Source of the DNA: a virus | Taxonomy: Duplodnaviria > Caudoviricetes | IMG/VR virus record: IMGVR_UViG_3300028797_000010 | Coordinates: 21,381-85,380 of that record | Length of the DNA: 64,000 nt | Direction: 5' to 3' (one strand) | Translations under genes and position numbers: made by a program | Notes under the pieces: generated by a model | What the model saw: only the letters and a program-made list of their open reading frames with translations | Databases searched by the model: none | What the model was told of the DNA's origin: nothing | Part shown: positions 54,901 through 63,344 of the stretch, in pieces | How the letters are laid out: the number at the start of each line of letters is the position of its first letter | Position numbering within the stretch: position 1 is the first letter of the stretch

Positions 54901-57854
54901 CCACCACGCTTAGACGTGAAGCATCCGAGGCTCTAAAAGAATACAAAGAGGCGCTTGAAGCAGCAGATATAGCAAGAAACAAGTTTAAGAAGGGCACGGC
55001 AGACCAAACACTTGTAACAGAAAAAGAAACAGCCGCACAAGAAGCCTATAACAAAGCTTTAAAGGCGGGCGTTAGTGAAGAAGAACTAAGAAAGGCCAAA
55101 AACAAGGGAGGTAGAGGTTCTAAAAAAGACGTGCTTGGTGATGCGCTCACCAAGGAAATACAGCTTATCACTGATATTAGAAAGCGTTACGAGGACTACA
55201 AAAAAGAAGGCGTAGACACACAGACGGCCATTGCAAAAGCCACAGACATGTACGGCTCGTCTTTAAAGAATGTAAAGAAAACGCTTGGAAAGTACGGTAT
55301 TGGCGGGCTTGAAGGTGCAGATGTAGCCAACATGGAAATGCGCGACCTTGTAGCAAAGCTTCAAGAAATGAAGCGTCTCGCAGAAACACAAGGCAATACA
55401 AAGGGCGTAGAAGCTATTGAAAAGGCCATTAATAATCTAAATGGCGAAATCACCAAGGTAGACTACAAGCGCATTACCGACGGTCTTAACAACGAACTTA
55501 GCAAACTGAAAGAGGATTACGAGCTTGGCATTGAATTGGATGCGAACCCAGAACTTGGTTCAATATTTGCCGACATGTTTGATATTGACTTGGACACGTT
55601 GCCAAAAAATGCCGAGGAATATGCCGCACAATACACCAAGCTTTTGAACCAATACCTTAAAGAAAACAAGTCCACGCTTGAACTTCCAAATTTGCTCAAC
55701 CTTACCAAGGATGACATGGCCATGTTCAAGGAACAAATGGAAAAGGGCGAAATTAACGAAAAGTGGTATGACGCCATCCTTAAAGGTTATCTTGCAACAA
55801 GGGATGTTCGCAAGAAAGAGGTGACGGACACCATGAAAGATTGGAACACGTTGCTAGAAAAGTACGCCGAGTACGAGACCAAGATGACCAACATAGCCCA
55901 GGATGCTGAACGTGAACGTGAAATTGCTATCGCGAAAGGTGCTCCACAATGGTTGCTTGATGCCATCGAAAACATGAAAAAGCAACGTCAAGCACAAGCG
56001 TCGTTCGAAGAGTTCCAAAAACGACCCGAATGGCTTGTGGCCACTGGTGACCTTGCTGGTATGACCAACGAATCCTTACAGGGTCTTGTCAATACGCTCG
56101 AAGATTTTAAGAAAAAAGGCGGCCTCACCGAAAAGCAGACCAAGCAGATAAATAAGGCAATTGTGGCATTGCACAAGCAGATACGCAAGGGCAACCCGTT
56201 CCATGCAATAGCAGACGCTATGGATGAGGCCAACATGCGTGCAAGCGTGTATGACGAAAAACTCGAAGAGACATCGAACCTTATCGACAGCTATATGTCA
56301 CGTCTTTCAGACCTGTCCGAAGACGAAAAGAAAAAGCTAAAGCAACTTATTGATGAATACAACAAGTTATTAAAGCTAAAAGAACGTGACTCAAAGGTTG
56401 ACGCATCCACCATTGTAAACGGCATAAACGACGCCATAAACGCCGCAAAACAAGCCACGGGGATATTCACCGATATGATGGATGCGCTTAGTGGCACGAA
56501 CGGCTCGCTTGCCGCAAAACGAATCAACCAAATCGTGGGCGTGCTTGAAAAAGGAGGCCAAGGTGCATCCATAGGCGCACAGTTCGGTGGCTACGGCGCA
56601 CTTATTGGCGGTGTCGCAGGAACACTTTCGGGACTTGTCACCACGTTCTGGGACGAGTGGTCAGGCAACGCAAGTATAACCGACGCGGTGAACGAATCCG
56701 TAAATGCCGTCAAAGACCTTGAGAATGCGTACAAGCGGCTTTCCTATGCTGCAGAGCAATACTACGGTGCTACGTCCATTGCGGCAAAGGAAACCACCAA
56801 GAGCCTGAAAGAAATGGAGCTTGTAGAACTGAGGCGGCAGCTACAGCTTGAGCAGTCGCGCGACAGCAAGAACCGTGACGAAGAAAGGATAAGAGACTTG
56901 CGTTCGGAAATCGTGGACTTGGAACAAGAAATCGCAAATGCGACAAAAGAGACCATCAACGACCTGTTGAGCATATCGTCACACGCCGATTTCTTTGAAA
57001 GCCTAATATCCGACATGATTAGCGCGTTCAAGAACGGAGAGGACGCAATGGATGCCTTTGAGCAAAAGTGGGCTTCCATGATTGACAGCATGGTGACAAA
57101 GCTTATACTCGGCCAAGTACTGCAGCACTGGGTCAAGACCGTAGAGGAAGGCGCGCAAAGCATAGTCGAAAAATATACTGGCGACAACGCGAGGGAGATT
57201 TCCGAACTTGAGTCAAAGATAGAAAAGATAGAGTCAAGCGACGCATACGATGCCGTCAAATACATCATAGACAACGAAAGCGACGCATGGAATCAAATCG
57301 CAAAACAACTTGGCCTTGAAGGGCTTGATTGGCGCGACCCACGTATATGGTCGCAAGTCGACACAATACGCGACATGTATATCGAAATGCTCAAAAAGCA
57401 ACTAAGCTATGCCAATTCACAAAGCTCCAGCCTTTCCGTCAACGCAACCGAAGAGTTGTTGGACTATTACACACAAGCTGGCGAGGAGTTCAAGGAAAAG
57501 TATGCGCAGGCAATCATCGACAAGATTGCAGGATACTATACATTTGGCCAAGACGCCGCCTCCAACCAGATGTCGGCTCTACAACAAGGTATTCAGGGAG
57601 TAACCGAGACGACGGCTGGTGCTATCGAGGCATACCTAAACGGCGTGTCGCAGCAAGTCTACCTGCATAACGAACTCTTGACACAGATTCGTGACGCGGT
57701 GGACAACATGAGCGGCGACGCCATGCTTGGAAGCGTATCGCAGATATTGCTGCAGTTACAGACGTCGTATCAGACACAGCAGGCGATACAGGGCATATTG
57801 GAAGGATGGTCTAACCCAAGCGGTCAGGCCGTAAAAGTTGAATTAATATCATAG
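51981..57854 (+). CDS. Tape measure protein
   Basis: 1957-aa helical protein with the tape-measure N-terminal motif FNELNAMALKSPFTLMELATGAKQLLAY...RLADISAA. Confidence 0.92.
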   Translation: MAANDDVLIIGKLEDGDLRKAISELVNYVGNQTSVMASQFVTSMDLMKGAMKDFAVTQKVSVDLMKESWKTMSASFDAMFAAQSAATGGGKGSGKAAYADNTIGALEQEIALLEKERKDLELNTDELRNQNKVIEEQRKLLSEQKGLSTQAEAAKKIRKELGDAMTMPSKNLADAQAKLSELERLQHKYAGTTQLSVQQQNRLTTAIQNTKEKIDKLTSTKPKTLKDVIGMDESSLDAVARKMRALKLVSVNPNDKNQIRDIGNEYARLSRLQAELMGKNIQLTHSNNYLAQSFGYIRNRIVYALTLGAITNFTKEIYEIRGQYELLERSLGILIDDMRRGSEIFNELNAMALKSPFTLMELATGAKQLLAYNFAEEEVVDTTRRLADISAALGVPMERLVYNLGQIRAQTVLNARDARDFANAGLAIVPMLAQMYTEEKRFGDEIVTTSQVFDMMSKKMVSYADVMKVINKVTDEGGKFFDFQAKQADTLKVKMANLTLAWNNMLNEIGQDNQDLLGAPLKGLKLLFENWRAVASVIKELIVVFGTYKAVAITVSLVNKSLAAWEAVKAFFQLAKSVKTARDAMALFNLTCQTNVFGLLISAVAAAIGMFTLFRNSVDDSSDNIEKFGKAGAKAVRDTKTLFNTLQNISKESSNYKKVMGELNSILGEYNIEQIKETDTIEQVNKKREVAISLIKQEALERKYLNDIEQGNERYETSTQQAKKEMRDSLKSAMTESIFLSGNEEIRQNADAIANIISDIVENNIMLIADKTGDEYEKGLDKIYEKIQERMLKIGISKETVSKAWLDDSLFFHSNIVADFIKKIKEAKEAQDKYNTALEKSYNAEKEAAEQGATFNDRVEQTQNSLIKAANDTEKFTKKIEELLKQYGGQNIIDFLVKIRTSGAPEWMKKMGIKELAQLAARFTALATNAQKAGKQSVDFGNGKVYTTQQLFERAAQYRQAYEEKIAEAEARKSTTLRREASEALKEYKEALEAADIARNKFKKGTADQTLVTEKETAAQEAYNKALKAGVSEEELRKAKNKGGRGSKKDVLGDALTKEIQLITDIRKRYEDYKKEGVDTQTAIAKATDMYGSSLKNVKKTLGKYGIGGLEGADVANMEMRDLVAKLQEMKRLAETQGNTKGVEAIEKAINNLNGEITKVDYKRITDGLNNELSKLKEDYELGIELDANPELGSIFADMFDIDLDTLPKNAEEYAAQYTKLLNQYLKENKSTLELPNLLNLTKDDMAMFKEQMEKGEINEKWYDAILKGYLATRDVRKKEVTDTMKDWNTLLEKYAEYETKMTNIAQDAEREREIAIAKGAPQWLLDAIENMKKQRQAQASFEEFQKRPEWLVATGDLAGMTNESLQGLVNTLEDFKKKGGLTEKQTKQINKAIVALHKQIRKGNPFHAIADAMDEANMRASVYDEKLEETSNLIDSYMSRLSDLSEDEKKKLKQLIDEYNKLLKLKERDSKVDASTIVNGINDAINAAKQATGIFTDMMDALSGTNGSLAAKRINQIVGVLEKGGQGASIGAQFGGYGALIGGVAGTLSGLVTTFWDEWSGNASITDAVNESVNAVKDLENAYKRLSYAAEQYYGATSIAAKETTKSLKEMELVELRRQLQLEQSRDSKNRDEERIRDLRSEIVDLEQEIANATKETINDLLSISSHADFFESLISDMISAFKNGEDAMDAFEQKWASMIDSMVTKLILGQVLQHWVKTVEEGAQSIVEKYTGDNAREISELESKIEKIESSDAYDAVKYIIDNESDAWNQIAKQLGLEGLDWRDPRIWSQVDTIRDMYIEMLKKQLSYANSQSSSLSVNATEELLDYYTQAGEEFKEKYAQAIIDKIAGYYTFGQDAASNQMSALQQGIQGVTETTAGAIEAYLNGVSQQVYLHNELLTQIRDAVDNMSGDAMLGSVSQILLQLQTSYQTQQAIQGILEGWSNPSGQAVKVELIS

Positions 57855-57867
57855 AACATAAACAAGG

Positions 57868-58443
57868 ATGGACGCATTAGACACATACTACAAAAATAGC
57901 TTGTTGGCGAATCTCTGTTCCGACTACAAAGGTCGCTGGCAAGTTGCACGCCATAGTAAGGAAAACCTTTTAAGGCTATCACTTAATCAACAAAGCATCC
58001 CCCACACCGCAACTTTCGCCTACCAAGGCAAGGGCGTGACAAGGGAATACATAGAAAAAAATTTCAAGGACTACATCAACGGGTACACCATACATGACGC
58101 GGACAACGTAAAGGGCTACACCTACGGCTTGTTCGTGGGCAACGGCGATTTCATGGCCGACAAGGACGTGTGCTCGTTCATGTGGTTCAACGGGGACATC
58201 ATCGTGCCGCAGACAAAATGCGTAACGCTTTACGTGAGCAACCGTAGCAAGGCCAACCTTGTGTGCGACGGATACAGCCACGTAAGGGTGTATCTATTTG
58301 ACGAGTCGCGCATCACGCTTGACGACGTGGACGAGGAATCCTCGGTCATCATCTACAAGTACGGCAGAGCCGCAAGCGTGGAGGTGGGAAAGTTCTGTCT
58401 TTCCGACAAGGTGCGGATGTTCGACAAGGAACTTAGGTTATAA
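57868..58443 (+). CDS. Hypothetical protein after the TMP
   Basis: 191-aa ORF. Confidence 0.7.
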   Translation: MDALDTYYKNSLLANLCSDYKGRWQVARHSKENLLRLSLNQQSIPHTATFAYQGKGVTREYIEKNFKDYINGYTIHDADNVKGYTYGLFVGNGDFMADKDVCSFMWFNGDIIVPQTKCVTLYVSNRSKANLVCDGYSHVRVYLFDESRITLDDVDEESSVIIYKYGRAASVEVGKFCLSDKVRMFDKELRL

Positions 58444-58477
58444 TTGAATACTTTTACTTTTATCTTGTGGCGATAAG

Positions 58478-58523
58478 ACGAAAAAGTGCTGCAATCCGTG
58501 TAGGATAACAGCACTTTCGTTTT
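58478..58523. terminator. Bidirectional terminator-like hairpin between convergent units
   Basis: AAAGTGCTG...ATCC-GTGTA-GGAT...CAGCACTTT. Confidence 0.7.
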
Positions 58524-58533
58524 GCCATGCGGC

Positions 58534-59010
58534 TTAAAGCTTCGTGAAAGCCTTGCGCCACCAAGGAAGTCCGTTGAACCATTCCGTGTTCGCCTCATAC
58601 GCGCCGAGTTCGCCTCGGAGGTCTTTGATTTGCGACTCTTGCTGCGAAATCGCCCCGCGCAGCTCCATAGTCTGGTCGTTTAGGCCGTCGATGACTTTTT
58701 GTTTGTTGCCGACGATACGCTTGGCTTCTTCCAGCATGTCCTTGAGATAGTCGATTTCCTTGATACGTTTCTCGTTAAGCTTGTCCCCCTCGCAGTCAAG
58801 TTGCTTGTATCTTTCAACGTCCCTTTTAAGCCTTGTGTTCTGTCCTTTAAGCGAGGAAATCTCCTTCTTTAGCCTTACAAACTCCTCGGTCATGCTGGCG
58901 GCATCCCTTGCCATCACCTCGCACTTTTCTTTAAGCTCGTCGCGCTCTTTTCTGATTTCCTCCAAGGCATTCACGTCAAGCTGTGCCCAATCCTTTCTCT
59001 CTTTCTTCAT
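58534..59010 (-). CDS. Coiled-coil hypothetical protein
   Basis: Long heptad-rich helix. ATG is at 59010. Confidence 0.7.
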   Translation of the reverse strand: MKKERKDWAQLDVNALEEIRKERDELKEKCEVMARDAASMTEEFVRLKKEISSLKGQNTRLKRDVERYKQLDCEGDKLNEKRIKEIDYLKDMLEEAKRIVGNKQKVIDGLNDQTMELRGAISQQESQIKDLRGELGAYEANTEWFNGLPWWRKAFTKL

Positions 59011-59038
59011 AATCCTGTAAAATTTTAGAGTTAATATA

Positions 59039-59443
59039 TTAAAAATCTGGTTTGTTGTATGCATCCATGTCTGGTATGATGTCGCTTGCATGCTCTTGGC
59101 TTTCCTTAATCATGCGTTGTTCTTGTTTCAAGCCGTAACGTGGGTAGCTTGCAAGCGTGATGTGCTGACCGATGACCGTATACCCGTCGACTATCGCGCC
59201 GCGTTGTATCTCGTATGGCAACATTTCGCCTTTCACTTGCACAAGCATTCCGTTGGCGAAGTGTTCCGAGACATACTTCTTGAAGTATGGCTTCCAAACC
59301 GTCTTAAACGTCAAGTACTTGTCGTCGACCACCGTACCGTCGGATTTCCTATACCCCTTGTGGTACTCGTCGATGAACACAAGAACGGCGTCTTGCAGGT
59401 ATTTTATGTTGTTTATGAATCCAATTACACTGAATGAGGCCAT
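59039..59443 (-). CDS. Second SSB-like OB-fold protein
   Basis: FSVIGFI..., NGMLVQVKGEML and a C-terminal acidic tip ending PDF. Confidence 0.55.
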   Translation of the reverse strand: MASFSVIGFINNIKYLQDAVLVFIDEYHKGYRKSDGTVVDDKYLTFKTVWKPYFKKYVSEHFANGMLVQVKGEMLPYEIQRGAIVDGYTVIGQHITLASYPRYGLKQEQRMIKESQEHASDIIPDMDAYNKPDF

Positions 59444-59448
59444 ACGAC

Positions 59449-59628
59449 TTAGTACAAAAATTTTTTTCCTTGAATAATCGTTACTGTTAGAACGCCAGAG
59501 CCATGCTTTGAAAAGAGAACATCGTCTATTTCGTGATAACCCCCTTCTTTGTCAAGAACAACCACTTCAAAACCGTCGTTATTGCACGAGGCTTGTTCAA
59601 GTTTTTCTTTCAATTCTTTCTTGTTCAT
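59449..59628 (-). CDS. Small hypothetical protein
   Basis: MNKKELKEKLEQASCNNDGFEVVV... Confidence 0.55.
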   Translation of the reverse strand: MNKKELKEKLEQASCNNDGFEVVVLDKEGGYHEIDDVLFSKHGSGVLTVTIIQGKKFLY

Positions 59629-59729
59629 ACAAATTTTCTTTTTAAGCCACTTTTTAGCCTTTCTAAGCACATTTCACACCTTTTGTGGTATAGTTGTCCA
59701 CCGATGTAATTTTAACGCGCCTACGGGCT

Positions 59730-59885
59730 TTATTTTTCGTATTGGTTGAACTTGTCGCATTCCACTATCACGTAGCCCGTCTTGACCTTGCCGCTGTTTA
59801 CGTCCAAGGCGCGGGCGAACTTTTGGCATGAAAGCCTTTCACCGCACCCAACGTTGCAACATATCGTTATATTTTCAATGGCCAT
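59730..59885 (-). CDS. Small Cys-rich protein
   Basis: MAIENITICCNVGCGERLSCQKF...ECDKF. Confidence 0.55.
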   Translation of the reverse strand: MAIENITICCNVGCGERLSCQKFARALDVNSGKVKTGYVIVECDKFNQYEK

Positions 59886-59956
59886 AGCTAAAGATGAAAA
59901 CGTGGACGGGACATTGCCGTGTTGTTTTTGCAATGCCCGCCCATAACAATGAAAAA

Positions 59957-60430
59957 CTAATTTTCCTTGCAAGACGATTTCTTTAACCTCTTGCCTTTCT
60001 TTGGCGCTGGTATTCCGTTTTCCACGCGGTATTGGATAGCCTTCGGCAAGTTGCAAGTGCGGTTTGCTGAACAAGTTTCGCAATTTTCGTCATCGTCATC
60101 ATCGTCTTTGTCTTCCTTGAGGAATTCTGAAGAAAGCCTATCGACCATTCCGCTCGATACGGCCTTTACGACGGCCAAGCCAGCATCACCGCCTATTTCA
60201 ACAATTGCATGAATGGCCGTCACGATACCAAGTGCCGCTCTCTTTGCGTGCTTGTTCCCATCGTCGAACCAATCGGAAAGGATTGTAGCTATTCCAGCCG
60301 CAATTTCGTCACCCTTCGAATTGTAGGAATAGAAAAAAAGACCATCTTCGTTGTTGCACATCACAAATGCACTTTGGTCTTTTTTCAAAGATTCCATAAG
60401 TTCATCAACTTTCTTTTCTAAACTTTTCAT
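59957..60430 (-). CDS. Hypothetical protein with an acidic run and CxxC-x5-C
   Basis: DDDDDENCETCSANRTC. Confidence 0.7.
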   Translation of the reverse strand: MKSLEKKVDELMESLKKDQSAFVMCNNEDGLFFYSYNSKGDEIAAGIATILSDWFDDGNKHAKRAALGIVTAIHAIVEIGGDAGLAVVKAVSSGMVDRLSSEFLKEDKDDDDDDENCETCSANRTCNLPKAIQYRVENGIPAPKKGKRLKKSSCKEN

Positions 60431-60474
60431 TTTCGTAAACCTTTAAATTAATTATTAATAAATAAATCGTGGTG

Positions 60475-60505
60475 CAAATTTACAACTTGGTTTTAAATAT
60501 ACAAA
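60475..60505 (-). promoter_or_regulatory. Bacteroidota -33/-7 promoter
   Basis: TTTG (reverse complement of 60502-60505), N19, then TAAATTTG (reverse complement of 60475-60482). Confidence 0.75.
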
Positions 60506-60541
60506 GTAAATTACAATATTTAACCAAAGTTTAACACATTT

Positions 60542-62695
60542 TTAAAACGGTGCATCGTCGCTACTTGGTGGCGCAAACGGTAAGTCATCACCGCCATAGT
60601 ACAAAGTGTTGGGCTTTGTGGGTTTGCTTTGCGGTTGTGATGCGGTTGGTTGCGGATTAGTGTTAAAGTCCATCGTGCCCTGCACAGGTTCGCGTTCCCA
60701 TCCATAGTGTATCGTCTCGTCCAACGTGTTCTTGAAACGACGGCTTTCGATTTCATATTGCATGCCTACCATAAGGTCTACAATACCCCACATGCGGTTC
60801 TTTGCCACCTCTAGTACGTTACCGAAACTACGGAATTGGTTAATCGTAGCCTCGCCAAAGAATTCCGCACCAACACGAAAGAAATCGTTGCAAACACGGT
60901 GCATGATAAACACGTTGTCTACGGCGTTGGTCAAGTCGGCAGTACCCGATATATCGTTCTTACGCAAGAATGCGGTAGTTTTACGCGGGTGTGCGACGAT
61001 GATGATATGTACCATGTTCCTTTTAGCAAAATCCTTTATTTGCAAGATAAGTTCCTTTTGCTTATTGTTCTTGTCACCCTCAAGTAAATCTATATCCAAA
61101 GACATGAGGTTATCAAGGATAAAGACGCGAACGCCGACTTTTAACAATTCGGTCATGTCATGGAACAATTGCTCCCACGTATTGCCGTATTCGTTATTGT
61201 AGAGATAGAACAACGGACGCATCCATTCGTCGATACGCGCCTTGATGCCGTTCGGTACGTAGTATTTGCCGTTGCCGTAGCTTGACATCTTTAAGTTATC
61301 CTTTCCTGCGGCTGCGATTTGAATCCAGCTTTTAAGAATCTTTTCGGGTAACTCGCCACTCCACAATGCCGTCGGCACGCCTTGGTCGATGATATTGAGA
61401 AATAAAGAATTCAACCACGAGGATTTACCGCTCGCGTTTCCTCCCGACAATAGAGTTACCTCACCGTAGTTCAATTGAACGATATTGCGGTCAAGTTCCA
61501 CATATCCCGTCTTTACGCCCTCGATGCTTGCAAGGTCGATACTTTGAATGTCGGGCATGGTAAGCCATTTCTTACCCAATTCGGGCAATTCCTCCTTTAT
61601 TTCGTAACGCGGCTTTTGCGGTGCATATTGACGTGGTGCATATTGTGGCTGAAACGCTGGCCTATCATAAGCATTAGGCTCGTAGAACAAACGAAAATCT
61701 TTCCATTGTTTATCCTTACAATGCGAATGGGCGCACGTATATGTTATTTTCCCTTCCGCGTCTTGGAATAGCGCAGATGAAAATGGATTGTTTGATGAAT
61801 GAGTTTCGTGCCAAGGGCATGTCTTTATTTCATATTTTGTTGACGCTCCATCTTGTTTTTTTCTATATTCAATACCATGCGAATTTAGCCAACTTTCCAA
61901 ATCAAATTGCTCTCCATATCCAATTCTTGTATTCCTTTGTATTGGTTTTGGGGCTTCCTTTGTTGGCAACAATGCAGCAATTGATTCAAATTTTTCTATG
62001 TCAGTTATATTGATTTCTTTGGGTACATAGATGATTTCCGACATACGCCAAGGTCTGTCCTCTAAGTTCGCACCTTTCTTTGCCATCGTTCCATATAACT
62101 TACAAAGACGCGCCAAATTGAACACCTTGGTATCAATATCCACCTTATCATCAGAAAAAACACTTGCAAGATATTCATAGAAACGTTTTATTGTTTCCGT
62201 TGTTTTTTCGTCATTTGGCATATCAACCTTAAAAGTGAGATGAAACCCATTGCCGCTCTTACTGATAATTGGGTCACTAAAACCTTTTTCACGCAAAAAA
62301 CGAAAAACATCTTGTGCCTTTTTGTGTGCCAATTCAAACTCATCGTTACTTGCATTTGTTCCAGATTTTCTTACTGGGTCGAAATCTACAAACACAAAAC
62401 TTCTTTTTACAATATCATTATCATTGGTTGTTATCTTTGGGCTTTTTACAAGTTTTTCGCTTTGTTGACGGCCATAACAAGCATTATCTATCTTGTTTAA
62501 GACAAAATATATTTGCTCGTCATCCATTTCGGAATATGGCTTAATGGCATTGATTACGCTTTCTACGTTATTAAAGTAACCGCTATATTGAAAGCGACCA
62601 AGTATGCGGACTTCCGTAAACGTATTATCCTTCACGAAAATATCCCACCATTTGCGTATTGTTTGTTCGTTTATCATTGCTTTTTGTATTTCCAA
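60542..62695 (-). CDS. Primase-helicase: AEP-type primase domain, Zn finger and SF4 (DnaB/Twinkle-like) helicase
   Basis: FVDFD, SGNGFH and NLARLCKLYGT; CPWH...CAHSHC; Walker A SGGNASGKS, FILDNL, IVAHPRK and LEVAKNR. Confidence 0.85.
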   Translation of the reverse strand: MEIQKAMINEQTIRKWWDIFVKDNTFTEVRILGRFQYSGYFNNVESVINAIKPYSEMDDEQIYFVLNKIDNACYGRQQSEKLVKSPKITTNDNDIVKRSFVFVDFDPVRKSGTNASNDEFELAHKKAQDVFRFLREKGFSDPIISKSGNGFHLTFKVDMPNDEKTTETIKRFYEYLASVFSDDKVDIDTKVFNLARLCKLYGTMAKKGANLEDRPWRMSEIIYVPKEINITDIEKFESIAALLPTKEAPKPIQRNTRIGYGEQFDLESWLNSHGIEYRKKQDGASTKYEIKTCPWHETHSSNNPFSSALFQDAEGKITYTCAHSHCKDKQWKDFRLFYEPNAYDRPAFQPQYAPRQYAPQKPRYEIKEELPELGKKWLTMPDIQSIDLASIEGVKTGYVELDRNIVQLNYGEVTLLSGGNASGKSSWLNSLFLNIIDQGVPTALWSGELPEKILKSWIQIAAAGKDNLKMSSYGNGKYYVPNGIKARIDEWMRPLFYLYNNEYGNTWEQLFHDMTELLKVGVRVFILDNLMSLDIDLLEGDKNNKQKELILQIKDFAKRNMVHIIIVAHPRKTTAFLRKNDISGTADLTNAVDNVFIMHRVCNDFFRVGAEFFGEATINQFRSFGNVLEVAKNRMWGIVDLMVGMQYEIESRRFKNTLDETIHYGWEREPVQGTMDFNTNPQPTASQPQSKPTKPNTLYYGGDDLPFAPPSSDDAPF

Positions 62696-63207
62696 ATAAA
62701 ACCACCTGCTGATTTTCTTAGACCATTACATACAGAATGGACATTCCTTATACCCAAGACACGTTTTACTTCTCGTGTGCATTGCCATTCCTTTACAAAT
62801 TCGCCTTCTTTGGTATATTGCAATACTGGCTTGCCATTCGCTTTTCTTACTTTTTCGTTTCTCTTTCCATAATTGTTGTTATAGGAATGATTGCACCATT
62901 CAAGATTATCAACGCAATTGTTTTGCTTGTTTTCGTCTTTATGGTTTATACAACGGTAGTTATTCGCATTTTCTATGAAAGCAGTTGCCACCAACCTATG
63001 AATCTTGTAAATCTTCTTTTTGCCTTCTTTGTGTAACCAAACATAATTATACCCTCCATTGTTGGTTGATTGCTTCAATACCTTTTCTTTTGATACATAA
63101 TCAGCCCAACCGACAATACGATGACGCGATAAAGATTTAACTCTACCAAGATTCGATACTTGATACAAACCCTCGTAGCCTACAACGTCTTTCCAAATTT
63201 CTTCCAT
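62674..63207 (-). CDS. NUMOD4-HNH-NUMOD1 homing endonuclease
   Basis: EIWKDVVGYEGLYQVSNLGRVKS; HRLVA..F...INHKDENKQNNCVDNLEW; KPVLQYTKEG...FIWKY. Confidence 0.92.
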   Translation of the reverse strand: MEEIWKDVVGYEGLYQVSNLGRVKSLSRHRIVGWADYVSKEKVLKQSTNNGGYNYVWLHKEGKKKIYKIHRLVATAFIENANNYRCINHKDENKQNNCVDNLEWCNHSYNNNYGKRNEKVRKANGKPVLQYTKEGEFVKEWQCTREVKRVLGIRNVHSVCNGLRKSAGGFIWKYKKQ

Positions 63208-63247
63208 AATTTACCTATTCTTTAATTAAAGCCTATCAAAGTTAAAA

Positions 63248-63340
63248 GTGGAAGGGGTGATAGGCTTACCCCTTATCAGATGGTGGCCAAACCACCCTAT
63301 CCACTTTGCAAAATTACAAATAATATTTCATAAAACCAAA
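63248..63340 (-). promoter_or_regulatory. Promoter plus structured 5' leader of the HNH gene
   Basis: TTTG-N20-TAATTTTG, then GTGGATAG-GGTGG/CCACC-...-AAGGGGT/ACCCCTT-CCAC. Confidence 0.75.
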
Positions 63341-63344
63341 CATC

